Positions 58,273-64,000 of a DNA stretch of 64,000 nt are shown here, in pieces. The notes below the pieces were generated by a model. The model was given only the letters and a program-made list of their open reading frames with translations. It was not told the DNA's origin and did not search any database. Location: assembly GCA_048940925.1 (NCBI GenBank), contig JBHLOC010000005.1, positions 66,687 through 130,686 on the forward strand, in the 5' to 3' direction. Both the position numbers and the translations under genes were made by a program. The stretch is from Promethearchaeota archaeon. GTDB lineage: Archaea > Asgardarchaeota > Lokiarchaeia > Sigyniarchaeales > SOKP01. Positions within the stretch are counted from its first letter, which is position 1. The number at the start of each line of letters is the position of its first letter.

Positions 58273-59196
58273 TCACATGCGAGTTAAGTTTTTTCTTGGC
58301 AAATTTTTAATTCTTGGATCATTTATATAATAATCTAAGGTTTTTAGAAACATTTCTCGATCTTCCTTGATGTTAGGTGTCTCTATATCAACATAATTAC
58401 TAATATGGTCGTTGAAGACTTGAGAGTTTACATTTTCACCTAATTTAGCTATTATATCTCTTTCTTCTATAAGGTTCTCAACGGGAGATAAGAGTTCAAA
58501 ATCGCCATTTTTCCAATCGGTCCAGAGGTCAGAGTACGGGCCAATATTTAGGGTTCTAAACCGAAATATTGTGGGGTTAATTTGAGATAACACTCTTGCA
58601 GTTTCTTTTACATGTTCTTCGGAATATTTTTTTCCTCCTAATCCTAAGATAATATATAAGCTTAGTTTAATTCCTGCATTTAATAATTTTTTTCCCGCTT
58701 TAATCATTGATTCAGCATTTGTCCCCTTTCTCATAATCCTTAATATTTTACTACTTCCACTTTCCAATCCCATATATACAATATCAAGTCCTGCATCCGC
58801 TAATCTCTTAAGTTCATCCTCTGTTTTTCTTAAGATATCTAGAGCCTTTGAATAGCAACTTACCCTTGGAACATTATTTATCTTCAATCTAACATATTTT
58901 ATAATTTCTTCAAGATAATCAGTAGGAGCTGAAGTTGGATTTCCTCCTGCCAAAAAAACGGGAAAGCCATCTCGATTAAATTTAGCATAATAATCAATCT
59001 CTTTTTTAACGTCTTCTATAGGTCGAATTCCATAATCTTGGATTATACCATATCCACCTTTATAGGTATTACAGAATTTGCATTTATTCCATGAACAACC
59101 GCCTGTGACAGCAATTAAGGTTGATAAAGAGCTTCCCTCTACAGGTGGTCTTATAATTATTTCCTCAATCGATACTTTTGTAAACATAAAACTCAA
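58273..59196 (-). CDS. Radical SAM protein
   Basis: 'CSWNKCKFC' (CxxxCxxC), 'YMGLESG' and 'ILGLGG'. Confidence 0.9.
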   Translation of the reverse strand: MSFMFTKVSIEEIIIRPPVEGSSLSTLIAVTGGCSWNKCKFCNTYKGGYGIIQDYGIRPIEDVKKEIDYYAKFNRDGFPVFLAGGNPTSAPTDYLEEIIKYVRLKINNVPRVSCYSKALDILRKTEDELKRLADAGLDIVYMGLESGSSKILRIMRKGTNAESMIKAGKKLLNAGIKLSLYIILGLGGKKYSEEHVKETARVLSQINPTIFRFRTLNIGPYSDLWTDWKNGDFELLSPVENLIEERDIIAKLGENVNSQVFNDHISNYVDIETPNIKEDREMFLKTLDYYINDPRIKNLPRKNLTRM

Positions 59197-59318
59197 AATG
59201 ACAATTTCTTAAGATTACTTATTCATAGCTTAACCACAATTAATTAAAACAAAATAGATTTTTAGATATTATTATTATAATTTACAATAAATTGATTCTA
59301 AGATAAAAAGGATAAAGA

Positions 59319-60929
59319 ATGAATACACCTTTTAATTGGGATTTTTTGTATACATCAAAGAGGATGCCCATTTTAGCAGATAACATTGTTGCAACCTCCC
59401 AACCCTTAGCATCTCAAGCAGGGATTCAAATGATTAGAAAAGGAGGTAATGCCATTGATGCTGCTATTGCTGCAGCGATAACTTTATCTGTTGTTGAACC
59501 AACTATGAATGGTATTGGAAGTGATGCGTTTGCAATAGTATGGGATAGGAATGAAATAATAGGATTAAATGCATCAGGTAGATCACCAGCAGCCTGGACA
59601 CCAGAACTTTTTTCTCGTTATCAAGTAATGCCATTGTTAGGCTGGGAATCTGTGACTGTCCCTGGTGCAGTGTCTGCTTGGGTTGAACTTTCAAATAAGT
59701 ATGGACAGCTTTCTTTTAAAGAATTATTCGATCCAGCTATTAAATATGCTGAAAAAGGATTTATAGTTTCCCCCATAACTGCGGAAGTGTGGCAAGATTC
59801 AATAAATTCTTATGAAAAATTTTTTCCTAATTTTAAGGATAAATTTTTTGATTTTTATAATGCTTTTACTATTAATGGAGAAGCTCCAAAACCAGGGACA
59901 CTTTTTAAATTACCTGCTCAAGCGCAAACTTTAAAATTAATAGCTAAAACCGAAGGAGAGGCATTTTATAGTGGAGTTTTAGCTAAAAAAATTGTTAATT
60001 TCGCAAAAGAAACAGGAGGTTATTTTACTCTTAAAGATTTAGAAAACCATAAAGCTACTTGGGAACATCTACTTACAGTTGATTACAAAGGGATTACTTT
60101 ACACGAAACACCTCCAAATAGTCAGGGTTTGGCGGCATTGATTATGCTTGGAATTCTGAAAAATTTCGATTTGAGCATATATGAGCCAGATTCTCCCGAA
60201 TCACTACATCTTCAGATTGAAGCTATGAAGTTAGCATTTACTGATGTGTACCGCTATGTTTCTGACCCAATATCCATAGAATTAGATCCATCATTTTTGT
60301 TAGACTCAGAATATTTAAAGAAAAGAGCAAAAATGATTGATTTGAATAAAGCTACACAATTTAATGCGGGGATTCCAAAATATGGAGACACAGTATATTT
60401 AACAACAGCAGATTCCGAGGGTAATATGGTATCTTATATTCAATCGAATTATATGGGTTTTGGATCATGTATTATAGTCCCTAATACAGGAATTAGCCTT
60501 CAAAACCGTGGTAATGGTTTTTCATTAGAAGAAGGACATCCAAATCAAGTAGGTCCTAGTAAACGCCCATTTCATACAATAATTCCTGGATTTGTCACAA
60601 AAAAGGGAAATCCTTTAATGAGTTTTGGAGTTATGGGAGGTGCAATGCAACCACAAGGTCATACCCAAATGATAATCCGAATCTTTCAATATAAACAAAA
60701 TCCACAAACAGCACTTGATGCTCCAAGATGGAGATTTTCCAGAGATAAAAATGTCTTTATAGAATCGGAATATAAGCCTGATGTTTTTAAACAATTGTCC
60801 CAATTAGGACATAAAATTACTAAATGTGATTTTACTAGGTTTGGAGGTGGACAAATAATATTTAAACTCGAAGACGGTTATTTAGGAGCTTCAGATTGGC
60901 GTAAAGATGGACAAGCAGTAGGTTTTTAA
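59319..60929 (+). CDS. ggt: Gamma-glutamyltransferase family protein (YwrD-like)
   Basis: 'GGNAIDAAIA', 'TVPGAV', nucleophile 'GDTVY', 'KRPFHTIIP' and 'GVMGG.MQPQG'. Confidence 0.92.
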   Translation: MNTPFNWDFLYTSKRMPILADNIVATSQPLASQAGIQMIRKGGNAIDAAIAAAITLSVVEPTMNGIGSDAFAIVWDRNEIIGLNASGRSPAAWTPELFSRYQVMPLLGWESVTVPGAVSAWVELSNKYGQLSFKELFDPAIKYAEKGFIVSPITAEVWQDSINSYEKFFPNFKDKFFDFYNAFTINGEAPKPGTLFKLPAQAQTLKLIAKTEGEAFYSGVLAKKIVNFAKETGGYFTLKDLENHKATWEHLLTVDYKGITLHETPPNSQGLAALIMLGILKNFDLSIYEPDSPESLHLQIEAMKLAFTDVYRYVSDPISIELDPSFLLDSEYLKKRAKMIDLNKATQFNAGIPKYGDTVYLTTADSEGNMVSYIQSNYMGFGSCIIVPNTGISLQNRGNGFSLEEGHPNQVGPSKRPFHTIIPGFVTKKGNPLMSFGVMGGAMQPQGHTQMIIRIFQYKQNPQTALDAPRWRFSRDKNVFIESEYKPDVFKQLSQLGHKITKCDFTRFGGGQIIFKLEDGYLGASDWRKDGQAVGF

Positions 60930-61154
60930 CTTATTTAAATAAAAAATCAGGAAAATTTAATTTAATTAAAAAATTTTAATATTTTTTCTTCAATTCTCTC
61001 GAGAGACTGTAGGTATTACACGTTCAATATGATTACGAGCAAATTATTTAAGTTTACAATAATTTTCTGTAATAAATAAATTGATTAAATTCACACTTTA
61101 TAATTGAATAAGAATCGTTTATAGGATTTTATTAATTGAAAGGTATCAAAATCA

Positions 61155-61751
61155 ATGAGTTATGATAAAAAAAATGTCTTGTATAGTGCAAAAATAGTCA
61201 TATGCGGAGCAAGCTCCGTTGGTAAGACATGTTTATTTAATCGATATTGTTTCAACTCCTTCAATTTTGATACTTCTCCAACAATCGGTATAAATTTTCA
61301 TTCTGTCTATTTAAAAATTAATATTGAACACGAACCTAATAATTTAAAAGAAAATTATATTGTAAACTCTATTTTTGATTTTGGTGGACAGGAGAGATTT
61401 ATACCACTGATTCCGAAGTTTATAGAAGGTGCAGATGGAGCATTATTAGTATTTGATTCAGCAAATTCTTCTTCTTTTATTCAATTAGACTTTTGGTTGG
61501 ATCAATTAAAAAAGAATGCTATCAGTCCAAATATTCCAATTATTTTAGTAGGGAGTAAAAGTGATTTATTAGATAAAACCCCCAAATCTGAAATAATAGA
61601 TGACAACATAATAAATAAATACCTAGAAGAAAAGCGATTAAATGGTTTTTACAGAACGTCTGCTTTAGAAAACTATAATGTCTTAGAAGTTTTTAAAGAA
61701 CTTAATAATTTAATGTTGAAAAGGCATAGTTTACCTTATATTGTGGCGTAA
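61155..61751 (+). CDS. Rab-like small GTPase
   Basis: G1 GASSVGKT, PTIG, FDFGGQERF, SKSD and TSAL; no C-terminal cysteine motif. Confidence 0.88.
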   Translation: MSYDKKNVLYSAKIVICGASSVGKTCLFNRYCFNSFNFDTSPTIGINFHSVYLKINIEHEPNNLKENYIVNSIFDFGGQERFIPLIPKFIEGADGALLVFDSANSSSFIQLDFWLDQLKKNAISPNIPIILVGSKSDLLDKTPKSEIIDDNIINKYLEEKRLNGFYRTSALENYNVLEVFKELNNLMLKRHSLPYIVA

Positions 61752-61770
61752 AAATTAGTAAATTGAGAAT

Positions 61771-62847
61771 TTAATACGTTCTTTGATATACAAAATCAGA
61801 AAATTCATTAAAGAACAGTTTTTGTTCCTTATTTAGATCAGGATATATATCTTTTAAATTATTTTTTGCTTGTTCTACTAAATTTTTTGCTAAATGTTCA
61901 GCGATTGTTAAAGCGTTTGTTTCAGTAAAAATTTCTTTCACTTCTTTAACATCCTTCTCATCTAAAGTTTCCTTATGATATATTTCATTTAGTCTTTTAG
62001 ATTGATTCTCATTAGTGTTTTGAATGGCCAAAATATATATTATTTTTGAATGATTTTTTGACAAGATATCCTTTTCCATATCAAGAATATCATCTCGAAT
62101 CGCATGAGCTTGACCAATGCTTAAGAGCGAATCTGACAAGGGTTTTATTTGATAATGAATATTACCCTTAGCTAAAATAGCCCCAATTTTAGCAGATTTC
62201 TCAAACAATCTAGCTCTTTGATATTCAGCTATATTTAGATATTGTTCTAATGTCAACGTGATATTGTGATAATTCAAGTATTCTTCGATTAACATACCAT
62301 TCATTAAATAGTTCATAGCTTCTGTATACTCATTAATCGCTAATAACTTCAATTGCTCCGGGAATTTTGAAGATTTTATAATATTTAAACCTAAAAGATA
62401 TCCTTGAGATCCCCCCAATATTGACATATCTCTACCATAAAGATTAATAATACTATTCTTATTAGGAATATTAATGTCTTTATAAACTTGATTTAATTCA
62501 TTTCTTAGCTGCATATGAAATGTTGGTTTACTTCTTCGTGTGATATCATCATCTAAAAGGTCATCATGTATAATATGTCCACTATGTAATAATTCCACAG
62601 CGATTGATACTTCGTGTATTTGATCTATTTGATCCGCTAAATACATTGGATTTACTATCCCCTCAAAAGCAGCAGTCAATAGGATTGGATGAATTCTTTT
62701 TGCTTTTTCATTCATTATAAATTGTTTGAGTTGCGTTATAAAATCTTTGAGAAGTAGATCGGTTTCTTGTTTATTTAATCTAATAAAGTATTTTTCCAAT
62801 TCACTGTCGATAAATTGTTTTTCTGTTTTAAAGAAATCTTCTATCAT
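61771..62847 (-). CDS. Polyprenyl diphosphate synthase family protein
   Basis: 'AKRIHP', FARM 'HDDLLDDDITRR' and SARM 'RDDILD'. Confidence 0.88.
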   Translation of the reverse strand: MIEDFFKTEKQFIDSELEKYFIRLNKQETDLLLKDFITQLKQFIMNEKAKRIHPILLTAAFEGIVNPMYLADQIDQIHEVSIAVELLHSGHIIHDDLLDDDITRRSKPTFHMQLRNELNQVYKDINIPNKNSIINLYGRDMSILGGSQGYLLGLNIIKSSKFPEQLKLLAINEYTEAMNYLMNGMLIEEYLNYHNITLTLEQYLNIAEYQRARLFEKSAKIGAILAKGNIHYQIKPLSDSLLSIGQAHAIRDDILDMEKDILSKNHSKIIYILAIQNTNENQSKRLNEIYHKETLDEKDVKEVKEIFTETNALTIAEHLAKNLVEQAKNNLKDIYPDLNKEQKLFFNEFSDFVYQRTY

Positions 62848-62952
62848 GTTAAAATCACAATATTTTCATTAGTATTAATATAAAACATATAATAATTTAA
62901 TTTAATTATATCTAAATTCTATCAATTTTAAACTATAAGAGAGTTTGAAAAG

Positions 62953-63465
62953 ATGAAATTAGCCGTAGTTAGTGACACACATGACCATATGACTAATATA
63001 TTAAAAGCTGTCTCTATCATAAATGAGAGGAATGTTGATGTACTTATTCATTGTGGAGATTATGTTGCTCCATTCGTTAAAAGATGGTTTGATAATCTTA
63101 AAGATTCTATAAAAAAGAATTTTTATGGGGTTTTTGGCAATAATGATGGGGAAAGATTGTTTTTAAAACAGAATTTGGGACAAATCTGTGAATTTGCACA
63201 AAATGGGCATGAGTTGATTTTAGATTTAGGTGGTAAAAAGATCTTTGTCTCACATATGCCAAAGCAGGAGACTATTGATGCATTAGCTCATTCAGGGAAA
63301 TTTGATATTATTTTAACGGGACATACCCATTCTTTAGTAAATAAAAAATATGATAATGGAGTATTAGTATTAAATCCAGGTGAGGTTTGTGGTTATTTAA
63401 CAGGAAAATCAACATTTGCTATCATAAATACAGACAATATGGAAGTGGATATTATCAAATTATAA
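62953..63465 (+). CDS. YfcE/MJ0936-family metallophosphoesterase
   Basis: 'SDTHD', 'HCGD', 'GNND', 'GHTH' and 'NPG'. Confidence 0.92.
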   Translation: MKLAVVSDTHDHMTNILKAVSIINERNVDVLIHCGDYVAPFVKRWFDNLKDSIKKNFYGVFGNNDGERLFLKQNLGQICEFAQNGHELILDLGGKKIFVSHMPKQETIDALAHSGKFDIILTGHTHSLVNKKYDNGVLVLNPGEVCGYLTGKSTFAIINTDNMEVDIIKL

Positions 63466-63524
63466 ATTATAATTAATTTTTTCTTTACTTTATTTACAAT
63501 TAAGGTTTATTTATATTTAATTAA

Positions 63525-64000
63525 ATGTCAAAATTATCTCCATCGGAAATTTACGAGGATTTTATTAGTAAGAAAATAGACAAGAGTAAAGCTTCAGAAT
63601 TATTGATGTCATTAATAGAAAATCCTCTCGAATTGGATAATCAAAGCAGGATTTCATGTTTAAAATTCTTAGGTCTAATTTGTTCTAAAGAAGAAAACGT
63701 ATTTTTTTTTCTTGAGAATCTATTACTTTCAGATCTAAATGATATAGTACGTGGAAACGCCGCTAATATAATTATTAGAAATTTTCCTGAACAAGCGTTA
63801 AAACCAATTAAATGGGCTTTAGAACATGATGAATCAGATTTTTGTTTAATTTCTATAATCAAATCTATAGAAAAAACTAAATACCAAAAATTAAAATTTT
63901 TATTGAAATCTATAGAATATGTTGGTTTTGAAGATAAAATTTTTTTCCCTTTTGGGAAGTATCAAACAATTAATCTAAGTAATAATAATATTGATAACAT
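63525..64000 (+). CDS. HEAT-like + leucine-rich-repeat protein, truncated by the window end (not in the ORF track)
   Basis: ATG 63525, open to 64000: MSKLSPSEIYEDF...FLENLLLSDLNDIVRGNAA..IIRNFPEQALKPIKWAL...INLSNNNIDN (start of an LRR). Confidence 0.75.
   Translation, partial: MSKLSPSEIYEDFISKKIDKSKASELLMSLIENPLELDNQSRISCLKFLGLICSKEENVFFFLENLLLSDLNDIVRGNAANIIIRNFPEQALKPIKWALEHDESDFCLISIIKSIEKTKYQKLKFLLKSIEYVGFEDKIFFPFGKYQTINLSNNNIDN

Noticed and set aside
60995-61006. Perfect 12-bp palindrome TCTCTCGAGAGA upstream of the Rab-like gene
   Set aside because: Single low-complexity occurrence with no matching intergenic copy found.
62953-63465. Vps29/retromer-like eukaryotic signature protein
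   Set aside because: It retains the full metal-binding motif set of the widespread prokaryotic YfcE/MJ0936 phosphoesterases, and no retromer partners are nearby.
511-63862. Short ORFs overlapping longer genes (e.g. 511-795, 15001-15468, 17419-17712, 47982-48221, 52061-52360, 63641-63862)
   Set aside because: They are antisense or alternate-frame shadows of well-supported genes and have no recognisable motifs.
1-64000. tRNA, rRNA, CRISPR arrays, transposases or integrases
   Set aside because: No GC-rich structured islands, regularly spaced repeats or recombinase motifs seen by eye. A covariance-model scan was not possible.

Overview
AT-rich, gene-dense chromosomal window that reads as an Asgard archaeon, most likely Lokiarchaeia. 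This assignment is inferred from gene content: archaeal housekeeping genes (tRNA splicing endonuclease subunit, PINA ATPase, ASH-Ski2-type helicase) sit among many eukaryote-signature-like genes. These include an actin-related protein, two Rab-like GTPases, two longin-like proteins, a HEAT/winged-helix-repeat protein and a HEAT-LRR protein. Metabolic and transport genes include a glucose-type sugar ABC importer, three ABC-2 exporter modules, thrC, folD, purH, guaB, ggt and a polyprenyl synthase. I see no tRNA, rRNA, CRISPR array or mobile element. The most notable observations are: an actin carrying a double zinc-ribbon insertion; a cluster of a Rab-coiled-coil fusion, a coiled-coil protein and a membrane-anchored long coiled-coil protein (possible tether system); a 1752-aa FG-GAP surface protein translationally coupled to an ABC-2 exporter; an SSUH2-like protein divergent from an unannotated SAM-like micro-ORF; tandem SIRT6/7-like sirtuins; an RHH-HisKA-REC regulator; a duplicated ABC/GbsR-type module with a readable TTCA-N7-TGAA operator; and evidence for ATT/ATA start codons. 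All family assignments come from motif recognition by eye, not database searches.
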